A DNA stretch of 62,962 nucleotides, filler included, from Deltaproteobacteria bacterium (GCA_016218805.1; 3 parts of 3 records of this genome joined end to end with filler, not necessarily neighbours in it); one strand, 5' to 3'; numbered from the whole stretch's first letter, positions 42,424-52,509 are shown. Notes: generated by a model not told the origin, from the sequence alone. Translations and numbers: made by a program.

Positions 42424-42929
42424 CCACAACGCGGCCAATCTCATTGCAATGATATTCCTCTGCTGCTCTGGTCTTGTTCTCCAATCAGTCCACAAGACCC
42501 CGGTTCCTGCATGACATCTCACTACGGAGCCACGACGTGCCTCACCCAATTGTCAGGAGAACCCTACATTCCAACGTCCCGCGGGTTTGCGTGGGTGGCG
42601 CTTGGTTGCCACCTGCAGACCCAAACGCCAAACTACGACTGCGGTTGGGTCGTGGAGCCCAAGGAGGCAATCATCATCGTGGAGGAGGACCTCCACGTCC
42701 GGTATTACAACGGTCCACCAACCAACAATCCGCGGGGTGAATGGACGCAATCACCGCATGTCCGGCAAGCCAGGGGCCCGGACGGCGGCTACGCGGACTA
42801 CTATTTCAGAAACTTCAACGACAACGAGCAAGCCGAGCGAGTCTTGCTGATGCGGCGACGTGACGCCGATTACATGCCAATTGATAGGGGCTGGCTCGAC
42901 ATCTCCTACATCTTGCCCCTGAATATCCT

Positions 42930-44310
42930 GGCTCTCCTGCACTCCGAATGGGCTGAATTGAACGCATGGAATCACGAAAGCCTCGTGGGCAGTGGCGGGC
43001 AGAGTCCGCCGAACTTGGCATAGGCCAGCGCGATGAGGGCTTCGGCGGAGTGGAATCCGAAGGCAGTCCTGGTGAGCAGTTGCATCCGCGTGTTCATCGA
43101 CTCCACTCGGCCATTGGACAGGCCGCTGGTGAGCGCGTCGTCGACGGCCTGGCGAACGTCGGAGATAGACTGTGCCACGCCGATGAACTCGTTGAGGCCG
43201 CTCGTTTCCGCCCAGGCGATCCAGGTATCCAGCAACGCGATGCCGCGTTGGCCCCCCGTCTTGAAGACGTCGCGCAGCTGCTCCTTCAGGAGGTAGGCGC
43301 GGAACAGGGGCTTGTTGACGGCCTCGATCTCCTTCAGCGTGGTGCGTTGCTTGGTGGTCAGGTTCTCCGGGTTCTTGAGCAGCGCCCACCGCATGTGCTT
43401 GACGGACGCTGCAGCGTGTTCATCGTCACCTTGACGGGCAGCGCGCCACACCTGACGCCGAATCTCGTCCAGCGCTTCGGTGGCCCATTTCACGACATGG
43501 AACGGGTCCATGCAAATGCGGGCGTTGGGACAGTGCTTCCTCACAGCGTCGTGCCAGTGCTTCGCTCCGTCAGCGCTGACGAGCTCAATGGCCGCGCAAC
43601 CCTCCTTCCCAAGGCCCTTGAAGAACGCCTTCAGTGCACCGGCGCTCTTGCCCCGATGGGCGAAGAGCAGCCGATTGGAATCATGGTCTACGACCACGGT
43701 GAGATAGCGGTGCCCTTTCCGGTAGGACACCTCGTCGATCCCGATGCGCTTCACTTCCGGGAAGTCCAGTACCGCGCGCCCTTCCTCGCAGACGCGCTCC
43801 AGGATGCTGCCAACGGTCCTCCAGGCGAGACGCATGAACTCGGCGACGGCGCTCTTGTTCATGCGCACCGCCAACCAGGTCACCGTGTCTTCGAACTGAC
43901 GCGTGAACGCTGACCCGCGTCGCGCCCAGGGGACGCTCTCAAGCACCACGCCGTGTTCAGGGCAGTTCACGCGGTGCAGATGCGCTGACACCACCGCCCG
44001 AGCCAGACCAAGGTCCAATGCACGCCAAGTGTGCGGCTTGTCGGAATGGTCATAGCCTCCGCAGATCCTATCGCACTCCGGGCAATGGCGCTCCGTCCCT
44101 GCCCGGTGGCGAACGTGAAAGCGCATCATTTCCCCGTCAAATTCCACCCGTTCCAGCACCGCGCCCTGGACACCCAACAGCTTCAGCCATATGCTGCGCT
44201 TCTGCATTCGTTCCTCGCTTCTGTGTTGTCATCGACAAACACCACAGTGGCACAGGAACGGATGCAGGTCATCCTACCCCTCCGGGACCCACTTTCATGT
44301 CAGGAGAGCC
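42930..44310 (-). mobile_element. Complete ISL3-family insertion sequence (1381 bp)
   Basis: Terminal IRs GGCTCTCCTG (perfect 10 bp, imperfect to 23 bp); 8-bp target duplication AATATCCT at 42922-42929 and 44311-44318. Confidence 0.95.
42972..44207 (-). CDS. ISL3-family transposase
   Basis: CPEC...C zinc finger, IGIDEVSYRKGHRYLTVVVD, D.FHV, RAYLLKE.L, SNG.VES.N, R.AFGF. Confidence 0.96.
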   Translation of the reverse strand: MQKRSIWLKLLGVQGAVLERVEFDGEMMRFHVRHRAGTERHCPECDRICGGYDHSDKPHTWRALDLGLARAVVSAHLHRVNCPEHGVVLESVPWARRGSAFTRQFEDTVTWLAVRMNKSAVAEFMRLAWRTVGSILERVCEEGRAVLDFPEVKRIGIDEVSYRKGHRYLTVVVDHDSNRLLFAHRGKSAGALKAFFKGLGKEGCAAIELVSADGAKHWHDAVRKHCPNARICMDPFHVVKWATEALDEIRRQVWRAARQGDDEHAAASVKHMRWALLKNPENLTTKQRTTLKEIEAVNKPLFRAYLLKEQLRDVFKTGGQRGIALLDTWIAWAETSGLNEFIGVAQSISDVRQAVDDALTSGLSNGRVESMNTRMQLLTRTAFGFHSAEALIALAYAKFGGLCPPLPTRLS

Positions 44311-44497
44311 AATATCCTCTACTCCACCGGCGCCACCCTTTGGCATGACGGCGAATGGTGGGTGCTGATTGCATTTGTTCAGCCAGTGGCTGAGCCGGAC
44401 GAGTTGCTCATTGTGCAGAAGTTCAAGCTGGAATAGCCCTGCCGAACTGTCCTACCTGCGTTTGGTCATTGAATAGCACCGGACCCAATAGCGCGGT

Positions 44498-45640
44498 TCA
44501 GCCGTCACGCGCGCGCGGCACGGCGTGCTCCAGCGCCACCAGCGCCAGCTCCACGTCTTCCTCCGTGCTCCCCATCCCCAGCGAAAACCGCACCGATGCA
44601 CGCGCCAGTCCGGTCGGCACCCCCATGGCCGCCAGCACGTGGGACGGCGTCGTCGCGCCGGACACGCACGCGCTGCCGCTGGACGCCGCCACGCCGGCCT
44701 GGTCCAGCAGCATGAGCAGCAGCTGCGCGTCCGCCCCGGGGAACCCAATGAACGCGGTGTTGCCCAAACGCTCCGCCCCTGCGCCGTGCACCACCACGTC
44801 AGGAAACCGCCGGCGCAGCCGGTTCTCCAGCGTGTCCCGCAGCGTGCGGATCCGCTCCACGTCCTCCAGGCTGACCGCCGCCGCCGCGGCGCCCATGCCC
44901 GCCACGCCCACCACGTTCTCCGTACCCGGCCGCCGCCCGCGCTCCTGGGCGCCTCCCCGCCGTGGCGGCCGCCACCGCGCGGCGGCCGCGCTGCCGTCCA
45001 TCCAGCACGCGCCCACCCCGCGCGGCCCGCCGAACTTGGCCGCGCTCACCACTACCGCGTCCGCCGCCATGGACGGGACCACCAGTTCCAGGCGGCCGGG
45101 AACCTGCGCGGCATCCAGCAGCGTGAACGCGCCACACGCCTCGCGCGCCACCTTCAGCAGCCGGCGCACCGGCTGCACCACACCGGTTTCGTTGTTGGCC
45201 CACAGCAGGCAGGCCAGCGCCACGTCATCATCCATGGCGGCGGACCACGCTGCCGCATCCACCACGCCGTGCGCATCCACCCCCACGCGCCGCACGCGCA
45301 CCCGGCCGCGCTCCTCCAGGGACGCCAGCTCATCCAGCACTGCGTGGTGCTCCACCGTCGTGGTCACCACCGTGCGCCGCGCCGTGGCCGCCAGCACGCC
45401 GTGGATGACGTGGTGCAGCGCTTCGGTGGCGCCGCTGGTGAAGGTGAGGTCGCGTTCGCGCGCGCCCAGCAGGCCCGCCACCAGCGCGCGGGCGTCTTCC
45501 ACGCGCGCGCGCGCCGCCTGTCCTTCAGCGTGCTGGCTGGACGGGTTCCCCACCAGGTGCAGCGCCTGTTCCATGGCGGCGCGCGCCGCGGGATGGAGCG
45601 GCGCAGCGGCGTTGTGGTCCAGGTAGGCGCGGTGGGACAT
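44498..45640 (-). CDS. Cysteine desulfurase (IscS/NifS family)
   Basis: YLDHNA, GNPSS.H, FTSGATEA, EH.AV, ANNETG, DAAQ, SAAKFGGP.G.G, R.GTEN, SSGSAC.S, RFSLG. Confidence 0.93.
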   Translation of the reverse strand: MSHRAYLDHNAAAPLHPAARAAMEQALHLVGNPSSQHAEGQAARARVEDARALVAGLLGARERDLTFTSGATEALHHVIHGVLAATARRTVVTTTVEHHAVLDELASLEERGRVRVRRVGVDAHGVVDAAAWSAAMDDDVALACLLWANNETGVVQPVRRLLKVAREACGAFTLLDAAQVPGRLELVVPSMAADAVVVSAAKFGGPRGVGACWMDGSAAAARWRPPRRGGAQERGRRPGTENVVGVAGMGAAAAAVSLEDVERIRTLRDTLENRLRRRFPDVVVHGAGAERLGNTAFIGFPGADAQLLLMLLDQAGVAASSGSACVSGATTPSHVLAAMGVPTGLARASVRFSLGMGSTEEDVELALVALEHAVPRARDG

Positions 45641-45649
45641 GGCGGGCGC

Positions 45650-47086
45650 TCAGGCGCTCTCCAGCACGCCCATGGCCGCGCGCGCGCGCGCCTGCGGGTC
45701 CACCAGCGCGTCCGCGTCCACCACGTGGGTCTTCCGGAACCGCCGCGCGTAGGGCAGGTCCACCGGCTGGCTGGGGAGCACAAACACGCCGTACACGGCG
45801 GCCTTCTGCGCCAGGCGCTCGGCCACGGCGTCCGGGATGGACAGGCGGCCGTGGGTGATGAGCGTGACCAGCACGTCACGGCCCTCGTCACGAACCAGCC
45901 GCCCCACCTCCAGGTCCAGGTCTTCAAACACGCGCGCCGCGTTGCGCCCGCGTTCGCTGCGGAAGCCCATGATGTGTGGCAACTTCAGGGACCGCGCCGT
46001 CACCTCCAGCCGGTCATGCAGCCGCGAATCAAAGAACCGCAGCCACACCGTCTCCCCGCGCAGCGTGAGCTTCTTGCACAGCGCCAACGCCAGCCCGCGG
46101 GAGAACGTGGTGCGCAGCCCGCGCATGGCCGCGGACGCGTCCACCAGGATGTAGTGCAACCGTTCGCGCTCGCGGCTGTCCTTCTCCCGCCCGAAGTACA
46201 GCAGCTCACCCTCGCTGTACCGCTGCTCAAACAGCGTGTCGTCGTAGGCCAGCTCAGAGGGCAGCAGGCTGTCCAGGTTTCCCTTGGTTTCAATGGACGC
46301 GTACCCGCCCACGGAGAAGGTCTGCGCGCCCTTGCTGCGTGACGTCTCCAGCAGCTGCGGCACCAGGTCCAGGCAGAAGTCCACAATGTCGTGCGTCTGC
46401 GGGCTGTCCAACACGCGGTACAGGTCCAGCACGGCGGCCGGGTCCCCGGCCACGTCCATGCCGCCCATCATTTGCATCAGCTTGAGGGTGTCCAGGTCCA
46501 CCTGTTCCGTCGCCAGCAGGATGGCCTGCGCGCGTTCCGCCACGCGCCGCACCACCTCCAGGTGCACGGCGGCAGCCTCCGCGGAGAGCACCTCCGGCGG
46601 GCGCAGCACCTCAAACAACGCGGGGTCCAGCGGCAGCTCCCGCCGCACGCTGCCGGCCGCAGCCTGGGCCAGCCCCACCGGTTCCAGCACCTTGGCCAAC
46701 AGCGCGCCCATCACGTTGTCTGACAGCCCGCCCGACGACAGGCGGACCGCCAGCGTCCCGCGCACCAGCTCCTGCATCAGCCGCGCGTAACCCGCCAGCG
46801 CCGCGTCCTCGGCCGCGCCGCGCCGCAACACGCCGCGGCGCGTGGCCTCCTCCAGGTACGGCTGGCGCGGTGAGACCTCCACCGTCCGGGACTGCCCGTA
46901 GGCCAGCGCCAGCCCCACGTCATGCACCAGGAAGAACGGCGCGCCCTGCTGCAGCGGGCCGGCCAGGTTGAACCACTGTGCCGCGCGGATGGCCGCCAGC
47001 GGGTGCCGCGGGACCACGGCGGAAAACGTCAACCCGCCAATGATGTCGGCACGGGCGCGGTCATCCAGGGCGGTGGGGGCGGCCAT
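45650..47086 (-). CDS. VWA-domain protein (MoxR-associated type)
   Basis: GGY.SI..KG.LDSLLPSELAYD...ELLYF.RE, then ILVDASAAMRG, LRFFDS and LITHG (degenerate MIDAS). Confidence 0.7.
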   Translation of the reverse strand: MAAPTALDDRARADIIGGLTFSAVVPRHPLAAIRAAQWFNLAGPLQQGAPFFLVHDVGLALAYGQSRTVEVSPRQPYLEEATRRGVLRRGAAEDAALAGYARLMQELVRGTLAVRLSSGGLSDNVMGALLAKVLEPVGLAQAAAGSVRRELPLDPALFEVLRPPEVLSAEAAAVHLEVVRRVAERAQAILLATEQVDLDTLKLMQMMGGMDVAGDPAAVLDLYRVLDSPQTHDIVDFCLDLVPQLLETSRSKGAQTFSVGGYASIETKGNLDSLLPSELAYDDTLFEQRYSEGELLYFGREKDSRERERLHYILVDASAAMRGLRTTFSRGLALALCKKLTLRGETVWLRFFDSRLHDRLEVTARSLKLPHIMGFRSERGRNAARVFEDLDLEVGRLVRDEGRDVLVTLITHGRLSIPDAVAERLAQKAAVYGVFVLPSQPVDLPYARRFRKTHVVDADALVDPQARARAAMGVLESA

Positions 47087-47090
47087 GGCG

Positions 47091-47717
47091 TCAGAACTGG
47101 TCCCGGACCCACCACAGCGCGTAAGGACTCCAAGCGGCGCCGCCCACCACGTTGGCCACCACCAGTGCCACCAGCAGGCCCACCGTGGCGGTGAGCGTGC
47201 CCGCCAGCAGCACCCCCTGGGCGGTGGACGCGTTGGACGCAATGAACAGGGAGAACAGGTACAGCGTCCCGGTCTCCATCACGCCGGCAGCCACCAGCGC
47301 GGCCACGCCAATGAGCACGCCCCCCACGGTGCCCGCGCCGCCCAGCAGCACCTGGCGCCACGGCAACCCCTCCTTGCCCGCGCACTCCGCCGTCGCCGCC
47401 GCCGTCCCGGGTGGTGCGTGCGCGCGCGCTTCCTCGCACGCGCGCTGCTCCGCCTCCAACGCCTGGTCCTTGGCCTCCTGCTCGGCGGCCTCCGCGTCAT
47501 CCACCTTGGTCTGCAGGTTCTCAATCCAGTTGCCCAGGAAGCAGCCCACGCACGCGCCCGGCAGCCCCAGGCCCAGGCAGAACCCGATGCCACCGCCCAG
47601 ACAGCCGCCTTTCACCCCCGGTGACACCGCCGCCGACCGCGCGTCCTGCGTGGGGAGTTCTTCGTCGGCAACCGGGGTTGCGCCTGCCAAAAGCACTGCC
47701 ACCCACACCGCGGTCAT
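47091..47717 (-). CDS. Hypothetical membrane protein
   Basis: Signal-like N-terminus and several Gly-rich hydrophobic helices; 4 bp upstream of the VWA gene. Confidence 0.6.
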   Translation of the reverse strand: MTAVWVAVLLAGATPVADEELPTQDARSAAVSPGVKGGCLGGGIGFCLGLGLPGACVGCFLGNWIENLQTKVDDAEAAEQEAKDQALEAEQRACEEARAHAPPGTAAATAECAGKEGLPWRQVLLGGAGTVGGVLIGVAALVAAGVMETGTLYLFSLFIASNASTAQGVLLAGTLTATVGLLVALVVANVVGGAAWSPYALWWVRDQF

Positions 47718-48017
47718 GACTGCCTCCAACAGACCCCCAGCGTGTGGTGCAACGCCCCTGGCCCGTCAAGCGCAGGCCACCATGCCCGTAGGGTCTCCGC
47801 CAACTCCTGCGCGTTGCGCTGTCTTGAAAATGGGCTGGAAAGAGTGGATGTCAGTTCTTGCTTCGCGTTCGTTCGGCTTGCGATGTTGGCCATCGACCTG
47901 ACCGCGCGATGCAACCAGGAGTGTCGTCCAGATGGCGCGCACCGGGATGGTGAGGCCGGCACGGCTGGACAGTGTCACGCGTGTGGCGTGAGGATAGCTC
48001 GTCGAGGAGGGTGAGCC

Positions 48018-49001
48018 ATGGCCGCAGCCAAGAAGCCTGACCCTCGCCGTTTCGTGTTCGAGGATGAGGGGGAGATTCGTCTCAAAGGCAAGAAGCCTCC
48101 CGTGCCCTTTTCCGTGCGCACGCTGCCCGTGCCATGGCGCGTCCCCGATGGCCTCCACGTCTTCGATCAGTTCGGCGGCGGCGAGCCCTGGGAGATTCCA
48201 CTCCCTGCCGATCTCGTCGATATGCCACCGCTCCGCCTGATGGAAGCCGGTCCGGAAACGATCTTTCTCGCGCAGCGCTTTCGCCAGGGCGCGATCGAGC
48301 GCTTTGAGGAAGTGACCGTTGTCGACGTCGACCGCGCGTCGGTCTGCGTGACGCCGCGCAAGATCGTCGAAGGAATCAGCGGCGAGGGCTTGTTCGAGGC
48401 AGACGATCGACTGGTCGCGTCGGACGCGCCGTGGATGCAATTCACGCTCGACAGCATCCCAGCCCTCGCGATCAAAGTCTCGCTCGGCGACGGCGCGTAT
48501 CCGCTGTGGAACGCGCTTGACGGCACCGGCCGCGTCGTTGGCTGGGTGCTTGACATGGGCCAGGCCCACCTGCCTCCCGAACGGCTTCCGCCGGTGAAGG
48601 TCCCCGACGTGCTCCAGCCGATCGCCATCAAGCAGGACAAGCTGCTGCTCGTGTGCCGCAAGGTGCCAACTGCGTCCATGGTGGACCTCGTGAAATCCCT
48701 CAAGGCGCCAAGGAGCCTCGATGCCGTTCCTCGTGGCGACGGCGCGATCATTGGCCAACTCGAGCTCAAGACCATCGACCCGCCGGATTACCACTGGTAC
48801 GCGACGGAGATCGCCGGCTCATCCATCGCCACGCCGGCGCGCGTGTATCGGATGCTCTTTCGGAACAGTCAGGTCCAAACCAATCCCGCCGAATGGAACA
48901 CAATGCTGGTGCTGCTCCATGCGCTCGGAGCAGATGGCGACGCGGTGCTCTGCCGCGCGGACGGAGATCGCGTCGTCACCGCGAACCTCGGCAGCCCGTG
49001 A
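48018..49001 (+). CDS. Hypothetical protein with a DUF4241-like segment
   Basis: VD.ASVC and S.GDGAYP.W.ALD..GRVVGWVLD pattern; GAGGAGG RBS; atypical codon context. Confidence 0.6.
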   Translation: MAAAKKPDPRRFVFEDEGEIRLKGKKPPVPFSVRTLPVPWRVPDGLHVFDQFGGGEPWEIPLPADLVDMPPLRLMEAGPETIFLAQRFRQGAIERFEEVTVVDVDRASVCVTPRKIVEGISGEGLFEADDRLVASDAPWMQFTLDSIPALAIKVSLGDGAYPLWNALDGTGRVVGWVLDMGQAHLPPERLPPVKVPDVLQPIAIKQDKLLLVCRKVPTASMVDLVKSLKAPRSLDAVPRGDGAIIGQLELKTIDPPDYHWYATEIAGSSIATPARVYRMLFRNSQVQTNPAEWNTMLVLLHALGADGDAVLCRADGDRVVTANLGSP

Positions 49002-49106
49002 AACCGCCGCTCACCGCGTGTGGTGCAAGCGCCCGCTGCCCGTCAAACGCAGGGCACCGGGCCCGTATCGTCAACGTTACGCTTGGGCCCGTGCGCCACC
49101 CACGCG

Positions 49107-50378
49107 TCAGTGCGCACCGGTCTCCGCCACCACGCCGTCCCGCACCCACACAAACGGCCCCGTCGGCACGCCGCCCTTCTCACAGCGGCGTTCGCCGTAG
49201 AGGACGTCCCCGCTCAGGACCGGCACCGCACCCTCCGGGCAGACCAGGTGCGGGTGCGCGCGCCGCAGCGTGCGCGTCCCGCCGTCCACCTCCTCCAGCA
49301 GCGTCCCCGTCTCATCAAACAGCCGCCAGGTCCCGTGCGCGTGCTGGCGTGAGAACGCCCCCGCCACGCGCAGCACGCCCTTCGCATCGGTGAACCGGAA
49401 CGCCCCGTCGGACGCGCCGAACCACCACGGCCCCTCAAACGCCAGCGTGCTGGACGTGTTCCAACCGCCCGGGCCGCCCGTGAACGGCCCATGCCGGGAC
49501 CCGTCCGCCGCGTGGCACCCCACCATGCGCGCCACGCCGGAGCGGTAGGACAAGGGCCACGTTCCCCAGCCGCAGGGCATGACCGCCCTGGCCTCCAGCG
49601 GTGCCACCCGGTGCAGCACCAGCGCCAGCAACACCGGGACCGCCCACCCCACCAGCAGGCGGAGCGGTGGCGCCAGGCGCGGCTCGGTCCCCGCTGCCAG
49701 GCGCTCCGGCTTCTCCGCCGCCAGCACGGTCCCCAATGCGGGCAACCCACGCACCGCCAGCGCCTCCGCGGACACGCGGGCAAAGCGCGCCCCGCCAAAT
49801 GCGCGCGCGTTCTCTGCCAACACCACCCACGCCACCCACGGCGCAAACAGGATCCCCCAGCGCCGTTCGTCCATGGGCAATGCGCGCGCGAGGTACAGCC
49901 AGGCGCCCACCCCGCCGGCCACCAGCGGCAGCGACACCGCGCGCGCCACCCGCCACCACGCATGACGGCGCGCGCAGCCGGGACACGCGCTCACGGTGAA
50001 CCGCCCGCGGTGTCCCAGCGCGTGGACCGCCAGGACCAGTGCGGCCCACAGCGCCGGCAGCGCCACCGGCAGGGCCAGCAGCACGGTCTTGGTCGGGCCC
50101 GGCAGCGCGTATTCGCCCGCCATGATGGAATACAGGTCATAGCCCGCCCACCCCGCACCCACCGCGCGGTCCAGCAGGTACGGCAGGACCAGCACCGCGG
50201 CCACGGGCAGCCACGGCGGCATCACGGGCTGCACGCGCACCCGGCGGGGAGCACCGTCCGCCCCGCAGCCCGCACACGTCGCCGTCACCGGCCCGGTAGC
50301 GTCCAACACCGACGCTGCGATCAGCGTGCGCGGCCGCCGGGTGGCGGTTGCCGCTGGGCTCCACGGAAGACGCGCCAT
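49107..50378 (-). CDS. Membrane protein with C-terminal MORN-variant-like repeats
   Basis: Several TM helices, CxxC pairs, repeats HGPF / DG.F.F.D.KG / HG.W..FDE.G; GGAGG RBS. Confidence 0.6.
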   Translation of the reverse strand: MARLPWSPAATATRRPRTLIAASVLDATGPVTATCAGCGADGAPRRVRVQPVMPPWLPVAAVLVLPYLLDRAVGAGWAGYDLYSIMAGEYALPGPTKTVLLALPVALPALWAALVLAVHALGHRGRFTVSACPGCARRHAWWRVARAVSLPLVAGGVGAWLYLARALPMDERRWGILFAPWVAWVVLAENARAFGGARFARVSAEALAVRGLPALGTVLAAEKPERLAAGTEPRLAPPLRLLVGWAVPVLLALVLHRVAPLEARAVMPCGWGTWPLSYRSGVARMVGCHAADGSRHGPFTGGPGGWNTSSTLAFEGPWWFGASDGAFRFTDAKGVLRVAGAFSRQHAHGTWRLFDETGTLLEEVDGGTRTLRRAHPHLVCPEGAVPVLSGDVLYGERRCEKGGVPTGPFVWVRDGVVAETGAH

Positions 50379-50626
50379 GTTCTGACCTCCCGGCCCGACG
50401 GTAGCGTCTTGCGCCCCGCGGGTCGCGCTGGGCCGCGCACGCCACCAGGCCGCCCGCCACGCACCACCCCCGCGGCGATCCGGGGTCCGCGCGCCGCCGC
50501 CGCCGGAAAACCCAAAGACAAACGGATGCTTGGGACATCGGTCAGCAGCCTGAGGGACAGCGCGGCCAGCGCGCCGATGTTCCAAGGCAGTCCCGGGCGC
50601 CCCACCGCCCCTTCCGGAGGAACCCC

Positions 50627-51667
50627 ATGCCCGTCCAGAGCGTCCAGAGCCAGCGCAGCTTCCACCTGCAGGGTAGCGGCAACATCAACCGCGGTGACCG
50701 CGGCCCCGCGGTGACGCAGTTGCAGCAGCGCCTCAACCAGCTGGGGTTCAACTGTGGCAGCGCGGACGGCGTGTTCGGTCCCAAGACGGAGGCGGCGGTG
50801 AAGGCCTTCCAGCGCGCGCACCACCTGGAGGCGGACGGCATTGTGGGTCCGCACACGCGCGCCGCCCTGGAGCGCGGGCAGTCCGCTCCGGCCCCCGCGC
50901 CCACCGGCGGCGGCACGGCGCACGGCAGCGCCCCGGCACAGAACCTCCAGCGCGGCAGCAGCGGCGGCGCCGTGCGCGAACTCCAGGGCGACCTCAACCG
51001 CCTGGGTTACAGCGCCGGCTCCGTGGACGGGCAGTACGGTCCCAAGACGGAGGGCGCGGTCAAGCGCTTCCAGGCGCAGTGGGGCCTGAGCGTGGACGGC
51101 CAATACGGCCCGCAGACGCGCGGCGCGCTCAACCGCGCGCTGGCCGGCGAACGGCCCCCCCATCCCAACGCCACGCCCCCCTCCGGCGGCACCGGCGGAA
51201 CGCAGGGCCCCGGGCCGGTCAACCAGCCCGGCGGCAGCGGCGCGGGCCGCGCGGCGTTGGACAGCGCGCGCAGCCAACTGGGCGTGCGCGAAGCCACCGG
51301 CAACAACGACGGCGTCCCCGCCCAGCGCTACGCGGGCGGGCGGCGGGAGCCGTGGTGCGCGGACTTTGTGTCATGGAACTTCCGCCAGACGGGGCACCCG
51401 CTGCCGGGCAACCAGCGCATGCTGGCCAGCGTGCAGTACATGGAAGACACCATGAAGCAGAACGGGAAGTGGTTCTCCAAGAGCCACACCCCGCAGCCCG
51501 GTGACATCATCTTCTTCCGCTGGCCGGACGGCGGGCGGCACGTGGGCATTGTGGAGAGCGTGTCCGGCGGCCGCGTGAACACCGTGGAAGGCAACACCTC
51601 CAACATGGTGGCGCGGCGCTCCTACCCGCTGGACTCCGGGTCCATCACGGGTTACGCGCGGCACTGA
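50627..51667 (+). CDS. Peptidoglycan hydrolase: two PG-binding domains plus CHAP amidase
   Basis: Two G.AV..LQ..L..LG....DG..GPKT..AVK.FQ....L..DG..GP.T units; PWCADFVSW, PQPGDI.FF, HVGIVE, VEGNT; GGAGG RBS. Confidence 0.92.
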   Translation: MPVQSVQSQRSFHLQGSGNINRGDRGPAVTQLQQRLNQLGFNCGSADGVFGPKTEAAVKAFQRAHHLEADGIVGPHTRAALERGQSAPAPAPTGGGTAHGSAPAQNLQRGSSGGAVRELQGDLNRLGYSAGSVDGQYGPKTEGAVKRFQAQWGLSVDGQYGPQTRGALNRALAGERPPHPNATPPSGGTGGTQGPGPVNQPGGSGAGRAALDSARSQLGVREATGNNDGVPAQRYAGGRREPWCADFVSWNFRQTGHPLPGNQRMLASVQYMEDTMKQNGKWFSKSHTPQPGDIIFFRWPDGGRHVGIVESVSGGRVNTVEGNTSNMVARRSYPLDSGSITGYARH

Positions 51668-51688
51668 CCGTGTTTCCCGGAGGGACCC

Positions 51689-52201
51689 TTGGCCACTTCG
51701 CACAGCGTTGTGAAACTGCCCGCACAAAGGTGCGTGGTGAAGACCCTCAAGCGCGGTTTTGCCTCGTCCATCACGGAGCTGTCTCCCGGATCGGACGGGG
51801 TGAAGGACTGGGTGGAGAAGACCCGCCGCGCGCTGGGTGATTCGCTGGATGATTCCGCCGGCGTGATCCTGGAGCTGCACAGCGTCATTGCCGTGTTTGA
51901 CGAGAGGCTGGGGGACGTGTCCGGGCGCATTGCCCTGCCGCTGGTCCCCGGGACGCGGCCCGCCGGCAAGTATGAGGTGGATGAGCTGCCCGCGTGCGAG
52001 GTGATTGAACTGCGCTACCCCGGCACGCGCACCGCCAAGCAGGTATTCGCGGACGTGTACGAGCAGGCCATCGGGTATTCGGAGAAATCCAAGAAGCGTG
52101 ACATGGGCGGGTTCCTGCGGTTTGTGGACCGCCGCGGCACGCGCGCCAACGCGGGCTTTGTGGTCCAACTGGAGACGGTCCCGCGCGTGGAAGCGGACTG
52201 A
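51689..52201 (+). CDS. Hypothetical protein
   Basis: GGAGG RBS before a TTG start, 21 bp after the CHAP gene; no motif recognised. Confidence 0.6.
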   Translation: MATSHSVVKLPAQRCVVKTLKRGFASSITELSPGSDGVKDWVEKTRRALGDSLDDSAGVILELHSVIAVFDERLGDVSGRIALPLVPGTRPAGKYEVDELPACEVIELRYPGTRTAKQVFADVYEQAIGYSEKSKKRDMGGFLRFVDRRGTRANAGFVVQLETVPRVEAD

Positions 52202-52320
52202 GCGCACCTGTTCCCCATCGCCACACCTGTCGAGCCCGGGGTCAGCGGAGACCGGCGCAACCCGCGCGGCGGCGGCGGGCAGGTCCGCATCCTGCGCGGT
52301 TCCCTCCTGGTGAATGCGGC

Positions 52321-52508
52321 TCAGCCAACAACGCGAAAGCCCGCCTGCGAGAAATGGTGGTCATAGGTGAACGCAACGCGGATACCGGCGCGCGCCATCA
52401 CCACTAAGCTCAGCGCATCAGCCAGCGCACGCTCATGGAACGGATCGGTGGCAATGGCGAGCGCGAGCCACGCCCCGTGTCGACGAAGGCCTTGTCACCA
52501 GCGCGCAC
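52321..52508 (-). pseudogene. VapC-like PIN toxin remnant
   Basis: AFVDTG, frameshift in a G run, then AWLALA..TDPFHERA joined directly to LADALSLVVM...AFTYDHHFSQAGF. The central part of the domain is missing. Confidence 0.8.
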
Positions 52509-52509
52509 G

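Larger units (their letters stand above)
42424..44436 (+). pseudogene. Lower-GC hypothetical gene, 5'-partial, interrupted by ISL3
   Basis: Frame is open from the contig start. Removing 42930-44318 rejoins ...ILPLNI-LYSTGATLWHDGEWWVLIAF...QKFKLE* in frame. Confidence 0.8.
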
